The notes beneath the pieces are model-generated. The model saw only the letters and a program-made list of their open reading frames with translations, had not been told where the DNA came from and did no database searches. From an uncultured Thiothrix sp. (GTDB lineage Bacteria; Pseudomonadota; Gammaproteobacteria; Poriferisulfidales; GCA-002705445): 64,000 nucleotides of DNA. The position numbers and the translations under genes were made by a program. How positions within the stretch are numbered: the stretch's first letter is position 1; every line of letters begins with the position of its first letter. The stretch is from NCBI GenBank assembly GCA_902559815.1, contig CACEJE010000002.1:6265-70264 (forward strand), in the 5' to 3' direction. Below, piece after piece: positions 1-12,000 of this stretch.

Positions 1-316
1 GAATTGTGACATTTATTTTTTGGTCAGCTTTAATTCTTTGAAAATCTAAATGCAGTATCTCCCTTTTTGCAGGATGTCTCTGAATATCTCTTAGTATTAC
101 TTGTTGTTTTTTCCCCGCCAATGAAATATCAATTACTTGACTATAAAATGCTTCATTTTCTAAACTTTTAGCAATTTCATATTTATTAATTGAGATTGTT
201 TCTTCTTGTTTTCCTGCACCATATATAATGCCAGGCACTGAACCACTTCTCCTTATATTTCTAGATGAAGAAGTTCCTTTATTATCTCTTTTTTCTGCGT
301 TTATTAGTAAATCCAT
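1..316 (-). CDS. rplY: 50S ribosomal protein L25 / general stress protein Ctc (N-terminal part; 3' end lies beyond window start)
   Basis: Not in the ORF track. Reverse-complement translation from ATG at 316 reads MDLLINAEKRDNKGTSSSRNIRRSGSVPGIIYGAGKQEE...RDIQRHPAKREILHLDFQRI, which resembles E. coli L25 (INAE.R...G.SRRLR, PAIIYG, DVQRHP...H.DF). It sits upstream of prs, as in the Pseudomonas ctc-prs arrangement. Confidence 0.8.
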   Translation of the reverse strand, partial: MDLLINAEKRDNKGTSSSRNIRRSGSVPGIIYGAGKQEETISINKYEIAKSLENEAFYSQVIDISLAGKKQQVILRDIQRHPAKREILHLDFQRIKADQKINVTI

Positions 317-379
317 AATATTTATAAAATAAATTAGAGGGCGTATTATCAATTAAATTTGTTTCAAGAACAAGTTTTT

Positions 380-1336
380 TTACTCAGTAAATAACGAACT
401 TAGGGATTCTTCTGTATGTACTCTAATTATAGACTCAGCTAGCAAGTGAGAAACCGACAGTTGTCTTATAGTTTTGCAATTCTTCGCAATATCTACAAAT
501 GGTATTGTATCAGTAACAACTAATTCATCTAGCTCAGAAGATTCAATATTTTTTATAGCATCTCCAGATAATACTGGGTGAGTTGCGTATGCCATAACTG
601 CTTTTGCACCAACTTTTTTTAATGCAATCGATGCTTTAGCTAAAGTTCCCGCCGTATCAACCATATCGTCTACAATCAAACAAGTTTTTGATTCCACGTC
701 TCCAATTATATTCATTACTTCTGATTCATTAGCTTTTTCTCTTCTTTTGTCAACAATTGCTAGATCATCAATACCAAGTTGTTTAGCAACTGCTCTTGCT
801 CTAACAACACCACCCGTATCTGGAGATACAACAACTATATCTGAGTATTTTCTCTTCCACATGTCTGATACTAAAATTGGAGACCCATATATGTTATCTA
901 CAGGTATATCAAAAAAACCTTGTTCTTGATCTGAGTGAAGATCAACTGTCAACAGTCTATTTGTTCCAACAGTACTAATTAAATTTGCAACAACTTTTGC
1001 CGAAATGGGTACACGCATAGAACGCACACGTCTATCTTGTCTCGAATAACCAAAGTATGGAATAACGGCAGTAATTCTTGCTGCTGATGATCTTTTAAAT
1101 GCATCAACCATAATTAATAATTCCATTAAATTTTGATCTGTTGGATTGCATGTTGATTGAATAACAAAAATATCTTTCCCTCTGACATCTTCGTGTATTT
1201 CAACTTGAACTTCCCCGTCGCTGAATCTCCCAACAAAAGCCTTTCCCAGAGGAATGCCTATTTTCTTAACAATCTTTTCAGATAGTTCAATATTAGAATT
1301 GCCTGAAAAAACCTTTAAGTTATCGTAATCTGACAT
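380..1336 (-). CDS. prs: ribose-phosphate pyrophosphokinase
   Basis: 318 aa. Typical Prs N-terminus (KVFSGNSN..L...I), PRPP-binding loop DDMVDTAGT, and YFGYSRQDR motif. Confidence 0.95.
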   Translation of the reverse strand: MSDYDNLKVFSGNSNIELSEKIVKKIGIPLGKAFVGRFSDGEVQVEIHEDVRGKDIFVIQSTCNPTDQNLMELLIMVDAFKRSSAARITAVIPYFGYSRQDRRVRSMRVPISAKVVANLISTVGTNRLLTVDLHSDQEQGFFDIPVDNIYGSPILVSDMWKRKYSDIVVVSPDTGGVVRARAVAKQLGIDDLAIVDKRREKANESEVMNIIGDVESKTCLIVDDMVDTAGTLAKASIALKKVGAKAVMAYATHPVLSGDAIKNIESSELDELVVTDTIPFVDIAKNCKTIRQLSVSHLLAESIIRVHTEESLSSLFTE

Positions 1337-1422
1337 GATAGGCCTTAGAAAAATAATAAAGTTAAATTATTGATGCAATGATAATACAAATTGAACAAAA
1401 AAGAAGTAAAAAAATCAATTAA

Positions 1423-1498
1423 TGGCTGGGCCGGTAGGATTCGAACCTACGTATGTCGGGATCAAAACCCGATGCCTTAACCGCTTGGCGACGGCCCA
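1423..1498 (-). tRNA. tRNA-Gln (anticodon UUG)
   Basis: Reverse complement TGGGCCGTCGCCAAGCGGTTAAGGCATCGGGTTTTGATCCCGACATACGTAGGTTCGAATCCTACCGGCCCAGCCA. It has a 7-bp acceptor stem TGGGCCG/CGGCCCA, anticodon stem TCGGG/CCCGA with loop TTTTGAT, T-arm GGTTCGAATCC and an encoded CCA. The position between prs and ispE is conserved. Confidence 0.9.
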
Positions 1499-1519
1499 AT
1501 ATCTTTAATATTATCAAAT

Positions 1520-2350
1520 TTATATTTTTTTTAAGCTATGCACAATATAAGTTTGATATTTATTAGGAATATTCTTAAGCGCATTAGTAGCTTGGCTTTC
1601 AGTATCAAAAATTGAAAATATGCATCCACCTGATCCAGACACATAGCCATTATCATGATTTCTAAGAATATCTAAAATTTTTCTAATTTCAGAATAATTT
1701 TCACACAATAAACTTTCAAAGCTATTAAAACCTATATTCTGGTGCATATTATCTAAATTTATACGTTTAATACAATCTTTTATTTTAAATTTTTCATACA
1801 TAATTTTTGAAGAGACTTGAATACCTGGGTCAATTATTAAAAAATACTTTTTTTCAAAATCATACTTTATTAATTTATTACCAGTTCCTTCAGCATAGGC
1901 TGAAAACCCATTTACAAAAACCGGAACATCTGAACCCAGTTTACTTCCCAATTTTATTAGCTCATCTTTTTCTAGATTGCAATCCCATATTTTGTTTAAA
2001 CCTAAAAGCACAGATGCTGCATTAGAGCTACCACCGCCTAATCCACCACCGATAGGTATTTTTTTTTCAAGATCTATTGATACGGCGGGCAAAGATTTTT
2101 TTTTTATATAATCTTTTAAAATTAGGGCAGCTTTTAAACATAAGTTATCACTGCCAAGCAAAGTCCTCGAATTTGTATTAAATTTTATTTCCTTGCCACT
2201 AATCTCTTGAATAGTAATTTGGTCATATAAATTTACAAATTGAAAATATGTTTCAATATTATGATAACCGTCATCTCGCTTACTTACTATATTTAAGAAT
2301 AAATTTAACTTAGCTGGTGAATTTAAAATCATTATTTTATCTGCTTCCAA
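1520..2350 (-). CDS. ispE: 4-diphosphocytidyl-2-C-methyl-D-erythritol kinase
   Basis: SPAKLNLFL N-terminal motif and GHMP-kinase loop PIGGGLGGGSSNAA. The start could instead be the Met at 2332. Confidence 0.9.
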   Translation of the reverse strand: MEADKIMILNSPAKLNLFLNIVSKRDDGYHNIETYFQFVNLYDQITIQEISGKEIKFNTNSRTLLGSDNLCLKAALILKDYIKKKSLPAVSIDLEKKIPIGGGLGGGSSNAASVLLGLNKIWDCNLEKDELIKLGSKLGSDVPVFVNGFSAYAEGTGNKLIKYDFEKKYFLIIDPGIQVSSKIMYEKFKIKDCIKRINLDNMHQNIGFNSFESLLCENYSEIRKILDILRNHDNGYVSGSGGCIFSIFDTESQATNALKNIPNKYQTYIVHSLKKI

Positions 2351-2904
2351 TTCATTATCTTTAAATCAAAGATTATATTTAAAAATTTTATTTTCATAAT
2401 AACCGGCATATTATCTTTACTGTATTTTTTATAATATACTGAATATTGATCAGTTTTAAGAATTTTATATAAGCCATTGCTATATCTTTCGGCTACTAAA
2501 GAATTATTAATATTTCCTGACAATATTAATGGAAGATTTGAAATTATATTTTTAAATATAGGTCTATTTATTATTTTATATAATGATTCTCCATCAATAT
2601 TTTTTTTGTGATTAATCAAATCAATACTTTCAGGTTTTATTTGAAAAGAAACAATTACATCATTAAAAATATCAAGAAATTCTATGGTATTTAAATTGCT
2701 ATTTTTAACTAAATTAAATCTTGATGAGATATTATTTCCTTCAACATAAAATTTTATAACTCCATTTGCTCTAAAATTTTCATAAAATTTATTTTCTTTT
2801 TGCTCAACTTTATTATTAAGATTTTCGTTATGAAAAATATTTAAAGTAGCACAACCTGTTAAGGTTATGCATAAAAAAAATAATAAAGATATTTTATATT
2901 TCAT
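2332..2904 (-). CDS. lolB: outer-membrane lipoprotein LolB
   Basis: 190 aa with lipobox LTGC after a signal peptide. The position between the TPR gene and ispE is the conserved gammaproteobacterial one. Confidence 0.75.
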   Translation of the reverse strand: MKYKISLLFFLCITLTGCATLNIFHNENLNNKVEQKENKFYENFRANGVIKFYVEGNNISSRFNLVKNSNLNTIEFLDIFNDVIVSFQIKPESIDLINHKKNIDGESLYKIINRPIFKNIISNLPLILSGNINNSLVAERYSNGLYKILKTDQYSVYYKKYSKDNMPVIMKIKFLNIIFDLKIMNWKQIK

Positions 2905-4639
2905 TAAAGATTTTTTTAAGTTTAATTAACTTCTCATCATTTGGATAGTTTGATATATGTTTTGAATATAACTTCTTAGCTTTTTCAAATTTACCAAGCT
3001 TTATTAATAACTGGATAAAATGACTTACTATTTCAGTATCTTGGCTAAATTTTAATGCTTTTACAAAATATATTTCTGCCTCTTTATATTTAGCCATTTT
3101 ATACAACACCCAGCCTTTGCTATCTAAAATAGCGGCATCATTAGGCTCCAATAATAAAGCCTCGTCAATATATTGGTTTGCTTCGTTTAAATTAATATTA
3201 TTATTTGCCCAAGTGTATCCTAGAGCATTTAATGCTTGGGCATTATTAGGCTCAAGGTTAATTAATTTTTTCAAATCTTCTTCTAAAATATCTAATCTGT
3301 TAATTTTTTCAGCCACAAGTGCTCTTGTATAAAGAAAAGCACCATTATCTTTATACTTCTTTAATCCATAATTTATTCTTTTCATAGAATAATTGAATTT
3401 TTTTTCGTTAAAGAAAACTTCCGTTTCAGTTAATATTAATCGTTTTTCTAAATCACTATTATTTTTTACCCTCTTATATTGCGCTTGAAAGAAATCTTTT
3501 AAAGCAGTAATTTGTTTATTTTTGAATTTAATATTGGCTATTTCATGCACTGAATTTATATAATTATCATCCTCAGCATCTACCATAATAAAAGATCTTT
3601 CGGCTTTTTGTAGATCATTTTTTTTTAAATAATAAATACCATTTAAGTAATGATAAATATTAATGTCTTTTTCTTGAAGAGACTCGATAAATGTTTTTGC
3701 GTCAATAAAGTTTCCTGCTTCAATATTTAATAAAGCCATTTTTTTTGCTGTTGACTTCTCGCTAAAATCAATAAGTTTATTCGCAGACATAAACCTATAA
3801 TGTTTAATTGCATCTTTATATTTTTTTTGAAATGTTAATATTCTGACATAATACTGATTTAAATATAAATCTTTAGGTGAAAAAAATAAGTAATCTTTTA
3901 AAGTATCTATACATAACTCATCCTCACCAAGCCCGAAGTATGCATCTGCTAAAAATATTCCCCATCTACTTTCTTTTTTTGAAAATTCACTAAATTTGTA
4001 TGAGTGCTTAACAACATCAATTGCAGTATTATAGTCTTCATTATTTAACAGAACTTGAACATAATAAAAGTTTGCTAAATAGTCGTTTTTATATTTTGCA
4101 TAAATTTTATCAAAAATTTCCTTAATAACTTTATCATCAAAAACTTTAATTGTGTCATAAACTAAAGCGTACTTATCTTTATCTTTAGAATTTTTAATTA
4201 ATAAAAATATCTCTTTAGTTGCTTGTTTTACTTTGTTAAGTGTTAGTAATATTGACACCCTTACGTGTAAAACTATATCTTTGTTTTCAGATAACTCTAA
4301 CCATCTATCTGAAATTTTTAACATTAAGTCATAATTGTTTGCATATCCTGCTACTTGTGTTGCTCTTCTTGATATTTCTGGATCATCTGATTTTAATGAT
4401 AGTTCATAATATATTTCAGCTGAAGATTGAAAATCTCTATTCTTAAAAAGCATCTCTGCTTCGAACGCTTTTTGCATTAATATGCTAGAATTTTCTTCTA
4501 TCTTAATAAAATTATTTTCATATGTATTACTTAATGGATATGCTAATCCAATGAATAAAATATTTATAATAACGGTATGTTTAAAAATCACCGTTATTCT
4601 ACTAAATTTGTTATTATATAGTCTTAAAAGTAATCGCAT
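2894..4639 (-). CDS. TPR-repeat protein
   Basis: 581 aa with an N-terminal hydrophobic segment and multiple TPR-like repeats (e.g. ALNALGYTWAN..., KGWVLYKMAKYKEAEIYFVKAL). Positional equivalent of the TPR gene upstream of lolB in Pseudomonas. Confidence 0.6.
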   Translation of the reverse strand: MRLLLRLYNNKFSRITVIFKHTVIINILFIGLAYPLSNTYENNFIKIEENSSILMQKAFEAEMLFKNRDFQSSAEIYYELSLKSDDPEISRRATQVAGYANNYDLMLKISDRWLELSENKDIVLHVRVSILLTLNKVKQATKEIFLLIKNSKDKDKYALVYDTIKVFDDKVIKEIFDKIYAKYKNDYLANFYYVQVLLNNEDYNTAIDVVKHSYKFSEFSKKESRWGIFLADAYFGLGEDELCIDTLKDYLFFSPKDLYLNQYYVRILTFQKKYKDAIKHYRFMSANKLIDFSEKSTAKKMALLNIEAGNFIDAKTFIESLQEKDINIYHYLNGIYYLKKNDLQKAERSFIMVDAEDDNYINSVHEIANIKFKNKQITALKDFFQAQYKRVKNNSDLEKRLILTETEVFFNEKKFNYSMKRINYGLKKYKDNGAFLYTRALVAEKINRLDILEEDLKKLINLEPNNAQALNALGYTWANNNINLNEANQYIDEALLLEPNDAAILDSKGWVLYKMAKYKEAEIYFVKALKFSQDTEIVSHFIQLLIKLGKFEKAKKLYSKHISNYPNDEKLIKLKKIFNEI

Positions 4640-4703
4640 AATTAGTTATAATATACTTTGAAAGTTAATCAATCTACAAAAATGAAATATTTAATCAATT
4701 AAA

Positions 4704-5966
4704 ATGAGTCTTGTAACTATTGGAATGAACCATAATACAGCATCTCTAGATATTAGGGAAAAATTCGCTGTTGATAAAGATGAGTCACATAGAATATTAA
4801 AAAAACTTCATAGTATGCCTTTAATTAATGAAGTGTTTTTATTATCAACTTGTAATAGAACAGAACTTTATTGTGAAATGGATAATATTGAATATATAAA
4901 CAATATTTCAGAATGGTTATTAAAACAAAAAGGCTTATCAGTAAAAGATTTTAAAAAAAACTTATACAGCTTTTCTGAAAGCACAGTGGTTAAACACGCT
5001 TTAAATGTTGCTTCGGGACTAGACTCAATGGTAATTGGTGAGCCACAAATATTGGGTCAGCTTAAAGATGCTTTTAATGAAGCAACGGAAGCTGGGACTA
5101 TTGGTAAAAATTTAGATAGATTATTCCAATATGCTTTTTCTGCTGCAAAAGAAGTAAGAACCGATACAAAAATTGGCACAAACTCGCTTTCTATTGCAAA
5201 TGTTGCGGTTTCTTTAACTGATCAATTCTATGATGATCTATCAGACAAAAATGCTTTATTGATTGGAGCTGGCGAAACTATTTATATAGCCGCAAAAAAT
5301 CTTAAGAAAAAAAATATTAAAAATATATTTATTGCAAATAGAACAATTGAAAATGCTGAAATTGTAGCAAAAGACATTTCAGCTACACCTATATCTTTAA
5401 AAGATATGCCTAGCAAACTTAAAGATTCAGATATAATTATAAGCGCAGTATCAACAAATGTTCCTTTAATAGGTAAAGGTGCAATTGAAACTGCACTTAA
5501 ATATAGAAAACATCAACCTATCTATATGGTTGATCTTGGTGTGCCAAGAAATATTGAAACAGAAGTAAAACATCTATCAGACGTATTCTTATATACCCTT
5601 GATAATATCCAAGAACTTGTTAATCAAAATTATAAAGCCAGAAAAGAAAGTGTTGCCGATGCAAATTATATTGTAGATACGAAAGTCGAGGAGTATATGA
5701 ATTGGAGAAATGCCCAATCTGCTTTTTCTGTTATTAAATTATATAGAGATGACTGTGAAATCATAAGGACAGAATGCCTTGAGAAATCTATAAGTCAGTT
5801 AAAATCTGGAAAAGATCCAAAAACAATTATTGAACAACTAAGTTTGAACTTAACCTCCAAACTTTCACATAAACCAACTCTTGCATTAAATAAAGCAGGT
5901 CAAACAAATAATAGAAAGCTAATCAACCTTGTCTGTGATATTTTCTTGATCAACAAGAAAAAATGA
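4704..5966 (+). CDS. hemA: glutamyl-tRNA reductase
   Basis: Catalytic LSTCNRTE(L)Y motif, GEPQILGQ, and NAD-binding IGAGE. Confidence 0.9.
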   Translation: MSLVTIGMNHNTASLDIREKFAVDKDESHRILKKLHSMPLINEVFLLSTCNRTELYCEMDNIEYINNISEWLLKQKGLSVKDFKKNLYSFSESTVVKHALNVASGLDSMVIGEPQILGQLKDAFNEATEAGTIGKNLDRLFQYAFSAAKEVRTDTKIGTNSLSIANVAVSLTDQFYDDLSDKNALLIGAGETIYIAAKNLKKKNIKNIFIANRTIENAEIVAKDISATPISLKDMPSKLKDSDIIISAVSTNVPLIGKGAIETALKYRKHQPIYMVDLGVPRNIETEVKHLSDVFLYTLDNIQELVNQNYKARKESVADANYIVDTKVEEYMNWRNAQSAFSVIKLYRDDCEIIRTECLEKSISQLKSGKDPKTIIEQLSLNLTSKLSHKPTLALNKAGQTNNRKLINLVCDIFLINKKK

Positions 5967-7045
5967 AAGCATCTTTAAGAAAAAAGCTCGATGAAATTAA
6001 TAAAAAGCATCAAGAGATTGAGAAGTCTTTGTCTGACCAAACAATTACTAATAATGTTGAAAAATATAAACAACTATCTGTAGAGTATTCTAAATTAGAA
6101 CAAATAGTTAAAGAATATAAAAAGTATATATCTTATGAAGATTCATTACACGAATCTGAGGAGATATCAAAAAATGAAACTGGAGATTTAAAAAAACTTG
6201 CAGATGAAGAAATCAAGATAGCTAAAGAAGAAATATCTATTTTAGAAAAAAATCTAGAAATATCCTTATTACCTGAAGACCCTAATGATAAAAGTAATGT
6301 TTTTTTAGAAATTAGAGCAGGAACAGGCGGCCTTGAAGCTGCAATTTTCGCAGGTAATTTATATAAAATGTACTGCCGCTTTGCTGAACGACAAAATTGG
6401 CAAGTAGAACTTTTATCTGAAAATGAAGGTGATAAAGGTGGGTATAAATTAGTAATTATTAAAATTACTGGGGATAGAGCATTCTCAAAACTTAAGTTCG
6501 AATCTGGCGCCCACAGAGTTCAAAGAGTTCCAGAGACAGAATCACAAGGAAGAGTTCATACTTCTGCTGCAACTGTAGCAGTTATGCCAGAAGTAGAAGA
6601 AATTGAGGATTACGATATTAACTCTGATGATCTTAGAATTGATACCTTCAGAGCATCTGGTGCTGGTGGTCAACATGTTAATAAAACTGATTCAGCGATT
6701 AGAATTACTCATTTACCAACGGGTGTTGTAGTTGAATGCCAAGATGGACGATCGCAACATAAAAATAAAGCTAAAGCAATGTCTTTGCTTCATGCAAAAC
6801 TGCTTGATGCAGAAAGATCAAAGCAAATGGACGAACAATCTCAAATGAGAAAAAAGCTTGTAGGTTCTGGAGATAGATCAGATAGAATTAGAACGTACAA
6901 TTTTCCTCAAGGACGAATAACTGATCATAGAATAAATCACACAGTTTATAATTTAGAAGAATTTTTGGATGGAAATATATTAACTATAATAACACCACTT
7001 ATTAACGAGTATCAGGCTGATCTTCTAGCAAATAATGAAATCTAA
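5963..7045 (+). CDS. prfA: peptide chain release factor 1
   Basis: GGQ motif ([14 protein letters not shown]) and RF1-type tripeptide region PETESQGR(V)HTS. Confidence 0.95.
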   Translation: MKASLRKKLDEINKKHQEIEKSLSDQTITNNVEKYKQLSVEYSKLEQIVKEYKKYISYEDSLHESEEISKNETGDLKKLADEEIKIAKEEISILEKNLEISLLPEDPNDKSNVFLEIRAGTGGLEAAIFAGNLYKMYCRFAERQNWQVELLSENEGDKGGYKLVIIKITGDRAFSKLKFESGAHRVQRVPETESQGRVHTSAATVAVMPEVEEIEDYDINSDDLRIDTFRASGAGGQHVNKTDSAIRITHLPTGVVVECQDGRSQHKNKAKAMSLLHAKLLDAERSKQMDEQSQMRKKLVGSGDRSDRIRTYNFPQGRITDHRINHTVYNLEEFLDGNILTIITPLINEYQADLLANNEI

Positions 7046-7661
7046 TTTAATAGAATTTGGTAAGTATAAATTAAAGACATCAAAAGACGTTTTTAGCCCA
7101 CGTGTGGATATAGAAATATTTCCGAAAGCAATAAAAAAACTATTAAAAAGTTATAATAAAATTATTGAGCTTGGTACAGGAACTGGTGCAATAAGTATTT
7201 CTATAGCAAAGAATTTTGAAAATATTGATATTATAGCAACCGATATAAATCAAACAGCACTTACAATTGCTAAATATAATGCTGAGATGAATAAGGTTTC
7301 TGATAAAATAAAATTTATAAACTCAAACTGGTTTTCTAAAATTGATGCAAAAAAAGAAAAGTTCGACTTTATAATAACAAACCCACCCTACCTTTCAAAA
7401 AAGAATAAGATTTATTACTCGGAACTTATTGATCCTGATAATAGCCTCTACTCTGATAATGATGGACTCGCCGATATTCAAAAAATTATAAAGAAAAGCG
7501 TACACTATTTAAAAGATAATTCTTATTTAATTATTGAACACTCTCACTATCAAACTCTACTAATTAAAGAATATGCATATAACAATAATTTGAAATATAT
7601 TGAATCCATAAAGGATGACTTAGGATTCAATAGAATTTCAATTTTTTCAAATATCTTCTAG
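7035..7661 (+). CDS. prmC: release-factor glutamine N5-methyltransferase, short form (catalytic domain only)
   Basis: SAM motif ELGTGTGAI and NPPY motif (ITNPPYL). Directly coupled to prfA by an 11-nt overlap. Only 208 aa; see findings. Confidence 0.75.
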   Translation: MKSNLIEFGKYKLKTSKDVFSPRVDIEIFPKAIKKLLKSYNKIIELGTGTGAISISIAKNFENIDIIATDINQTALTIAKYNAEMNKVSDKIKFINSNWFSKIDAKKEKFDFIITNPPYLSKKNKIYYSELIDPDNSLYSDNDGLADIQKIIKKSVHYLKDNSYLIIEHSHYQTLLIKEYAYNNNLKYIESIKDDLGFNRISIFSNIF

Positions 7662-9083
7662 AGCCTTGATTATTTTTTCTTTAATTAAGCTCGGATCATA
7701 ATTTTTTGCTTTTTTTAAAACTTGTCCAACAAAAAACCCTAAAATTTTTGTTTTACCGTTCTTATAATCATCAACTTGTTTTTTGTTATTAATGATAATT
7801 TCTTCAATCAGATCATCTATGAATTTATCATCATTTCCATTCTTTACTGATAAATTATCAATAATTTTATCTACTGAATCTTTTTTGAGAAATAATTCAT
7901 CAATTATTTTTTTTAAGTTATTTTTTGAAATCTTATTACTCTCTAATGCTTCAATAATATGACAAAATTCTTGAGGTTCTATATTTTTATCATTTAGATC
8001 ATAATTCTCTTTATTAATTTTTATATATAAAGACGAAATAAAATAATTAACTATTTTTTTTGGTTCAATTTTTGTAGTAATAATCACCTTCTCTAAAAAC
8101 TGCATAATATCAAAACTACTTAAAATAATATTAATTTGCTCATCGTTTAATTTATATTCATCTTTATAAAATTTCATTTTTACATCAGGCATATCTGGTA
8201 AAGTTCTTTTAATATCCTGAATATATTCTTCATCAATATCAATTGGCAGAAGATCAGGGTCAGGAAAATATCTATAGTCATTTGCCTCTTCTTTAGTTCT
8301 CATAGATTTAGTAATATTTTTATTTTCATCATAAAGTCGTGTTTCTTGAATAATTTCTTTCCCTTCTTCAAGGATTTCAATTTGCCTATCAATTTCATAA
8401 TTAATTGCCTTTTCAACAAACCTAAATGAGTTTATATTTTTTAGTTCCGTTCTTGTTCCTAGCCTATTCTCTCCTTTCTTTCGTACAGATACATTTGCAT
8501 CACATCTAAAAGATCCTTCTTGCATATTTCCATCACATATTTTTAAAAAAGTTACGATTTTATGAATCTTTTTCATATATAAAACCGCTTCATGTGCTGA
8601 AGAAATTTCTGGTTCCGATACTATTTCCAAGAGTGGAGTGCCTGCTCTATTTAAATCAATATAAGTACAATTATTTTCATTACTATGAATTGATTTTCCT
8701 GCATCTTCTTCCAAGTGTGCTCTAGTAATGTTAATTATTTTTTCATTCCCTTTGTCAGATATTGAGACAAAACCTCCTTCTACTATTGGATGATCTAATT
8801 GACTTATTTGGTAATTTTTAGGTAAGTCAGGATAAAAATAATTTTTCCTAGCAAAAATTGATTGTTTTGCAATTTTAGCATTAATAGCTAAACCAAATTC
8901 AACCGCTTTTTTTATAACAGATTTATTCAATATTGGTAACGTGCCAGGCATACCTAAATCAATATAAGAAGCTTGCTTATTTGGATTACTTCCATATGAA
9001 GTGGAGGAAGCTGAAAAAATCTTACTCTTTGTTAAAAGTTGTACGTGTATCTCAAGACCAATTACACTTTCCCAGTCACTCAT
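7647..9083 (-). CDS. gatB: Asp/Glu-tRNA amidotransferase subunit B
   Basis: 478 aa with WE.VIGLEIHVQL N-terminus and typical GatB core. Lies in the gatC-gatA-gatB operon. Confidence 0.95.
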   Translation of the reverse strand: MSDWESVIGLEIHVQLLTKSKIFSASSTSYGSNPNKQASYIDLGMPGTLPILNKSVIKKAVEFGLAINAKIAKQSIFARKNYFYPDLPKNYQISQLDHPIVEGGFVSISDKGNEKIINITRAHLEEDAGKSIHSNENNCTYIDLNRAGTPLLEIVSEPEISSAHEAVLYMKKIHKIVTFLKICDGNMQEGSFRCDANVSVRKKGENRLGTRTELKNINSFRFVEKAINYEIDRQIEILEEGKEIIQETRLYDENKNITKSMRTKEEANDYRYFPDPDLLPIDIDEEYIQDIKRTLPDMPDVKMKFYKDEYKLNDEQINIILSSFDIMQFLEKVIITTKIEPKKIVNYFISSLYIKINKENYDLNDKNIEPQEFCHIIEALESNKISKNNLKKIIDELFLKKDSVDKIIDNLSVKNGNDDKFIDDLIEEIIINNKKQVDDYKNGKTKILGFFVGQVLKKAKNYDPSLIKEKIIKALEDI

Positions 9084-10548
9084 TATCGAACTCCTTAGGA
9101 ACTTTCAAATGCCATTCTGTATTTTTTTGATAAAAATGTGCAATATTTAAAATACCACTCTCGGAAAAGTAATTTCCTATAATTTGAAGACCTACTGGTA
9201 AATTATTACTATAACCAACAGGAATTGATAAAGCTGGGAGACCAGCTAAATTAACAGGCGTTGTATAAATATCAGACAGATACATATCAACTGCATTAGA
9301 TGTCTTCTCTCCAATATTAAATGCGGTAGTAGGACTAGTTGGAGCGAATATAAAATCAACATCTTTAAATGCAGCTAGAAAACTATCCCTTATTATTCGT
9401 CTAATTTTTAAAGCTCTAATATAATATTCATCATAGTATCCAGACGATAATGCATAGGCTCCAATCATTACTCTTTTTTTAACTTCTTTTCCAAACCCTT
9501 CCTTCCTAGTTTTGAAATATAATTCTTCAAGATTTTTTGGATCTTTACACCTATACCCAAATTTAACTCCATCATATCTTGATAAATTTGATGATGCCTC
9601 TGCTGAAGCAATAATATAATATGCTGGAATAGTAAAATTATGATTTGGCAAGCTTATTTCTTTAATTTTAAAACCAAGCTTTTTAAAAACATCAATTGAT
9701 TTAAAAATTTCATCAGAAATACTTTGATCTAAGTTTTTTGAAAAATATTCCAAAGGTATGCCAATACGAATTTTTGAAGCATTTTCTTTTGTAAAGTTTA
9801 GTTTAATTTTTTCAATTTTTTGTTCGTGATTACTAGTAGAATCATTTGGATCATAACCATTAATTTCATTATATAAGATTGCACAATCTTCTGCACTTTT
9901 GCCTATTGGCCCACCTTGATCAAGACTTGAAGCATAAGCAATCATTCCATATCTTGAAACGGAGCTATAAGTAGGCTTTAGACCTGTAAGCCCACAGAAT
10001 GATGCAGGCTGCCTTATTGAGCCTCCAGTATCCGAGCCAGTTGCTACAGGAGATAAACAAGCAGCAACTGCGGCAGCTGAGCCACCTGAGGACCCACCTG
10101 GCACCTTATCTAAATTCCAAGGATTCTTTACTACTCCAAAATAACTAGATTCATTTGATGAGCCCATTGCAAATTCATCCATATTTGTTTTCCCAATATT
10201 AACCATACCGATGTCATCAAGTTTTTTGACAACTGTTGCATCAAATGGAGGTTTGTAATTTTTAAGCATTTTAGAACCACACGTAGTTAAAATATTTTTT
10301 GTTGAAAATAAATCCTTATGAGCTATAGGAATTCCAGTAAGTAAGTGATGTTCATTATTTGATATTTTTTTATCTGCCTCAGCGGCTTTCTTTAAAGCAA
10401 ATCTATCATTAATAGTTATAAAAGAATTTAATTTAGAGTCATGCGTTTTTATTCTTTCCAAAAAGTAATTTGTCATTTCTACAGATGATATAGTTTTTTT
10501 ATTTAATAAATCTGACAGTTCAGTGATTGATTTTTTATAAATTTCCAT
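9076..10548 (-). CDS. gatA: Asp/Glu-tRNA amidotransferase subunit A
   Basis: Amidase signature GGSSGGSAAAVA...GSDTGGSIRQPA. Confidence 0.95.
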   Translation of the reverse strand: MEIYKKSITELSDLLNKKTISSVEMTNYFLERIKTHDSKLNSFITINDRFALKKAAEADKKISNNEHHLLTGIPIAHKDLFSTKNILTTCGSKMLKNYKPPFDATVVKKLDDIGMVNIGKTNMDEFAMGSSNESSYFGVVKNPWNLDKVPGGSSGGSAAAVAACLSPVATGSDTGGSIRQPASFCGLTGLKPTYSSVSRYGMIAYASSLDQGGPIGKSAEDCAILYNEINGYDPNDSTSNHEQKIEKIKLNFTKENASKIRIGIPLEYFSKNLDQSISDEIFKSIDVFKKLGFKIKEISLPNHNFTIPAYYIIASAEASSNLSRYDGVKFGYRCKDPKNLEELYFKTRKEGFGKEVKKRVMIGAYALSSGYYDEYYIRALKIRRIIRDSFLAAFKDVDFIFAPTSPTTAFNIGEKTSNAVDMYLSDIYTTPVNLAGLPALSIPVGYSNNLPVGLQIIGNYFSESGILNIAHFYQKNTEWHLKVPKEFDNE

Positions 10549-10555
10549 AATAATT

Positions 10556-10837
10556 TTAATCGATAACCTTCGGCACTATAAAATGTCTACCATCATGCTC
10601 AGGGGCCGAATTAATACCATCATTTTTAGGATCAGTATCAACTTCATCTGTTCTTGCTTTTAATGCCATTTCAGGAGAGTGATATAATGGCTTTATATTT
10701 TCTAAATCAATTTTTTCCGATTCTTTTACAAGTTTTAAAAAATCCTCAATTTCGTTTGAGTAAAATAAAATATCATCATCATTTAACTCAATCATTGCTA
10801 GTTTAGCTACATCTTTTACTTTATTTTTATCAAACAT
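10556..10837 (-). CDS. gatC: Asp/Glu-tRNA amidotransferase subunit C
   Basis: Small acidic GatC-like protein upstream of gatA. I place the start at the ATG at 10837, preceded by AGGAAAG, rather than the TTG at 10867 used by the ORF track. Confidence 0.8.
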   Translation of the reverse strand: MFDKNKVKDVAKLAMIELNDDDILFYSNEIEDFLKLVKESEKIDLENIKPLYHSPEMALKARTDEVDTDPKNDGINSAPEHDGRHFIVPKVID

Positions 10838-10897
10838 AATTTCTTTCCTAATAATTGGGTGCAACAATATATTTATATAGTATATAAGATATCTTGA

Positions 10898-11989
<1,092 letters not shown>

Positions 11990-12000
11990 ATACAAAAAAA

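Noticed and set aside
355-380. Hairpin TTGTT-TCAAG-AACAA plus T-run between prs and rplY
   Set aside because: The stem is only 5 AT-rich base pairs. The T-run follows it on the plus strand, where no gene reads into it. This is too weak to call a terminator.
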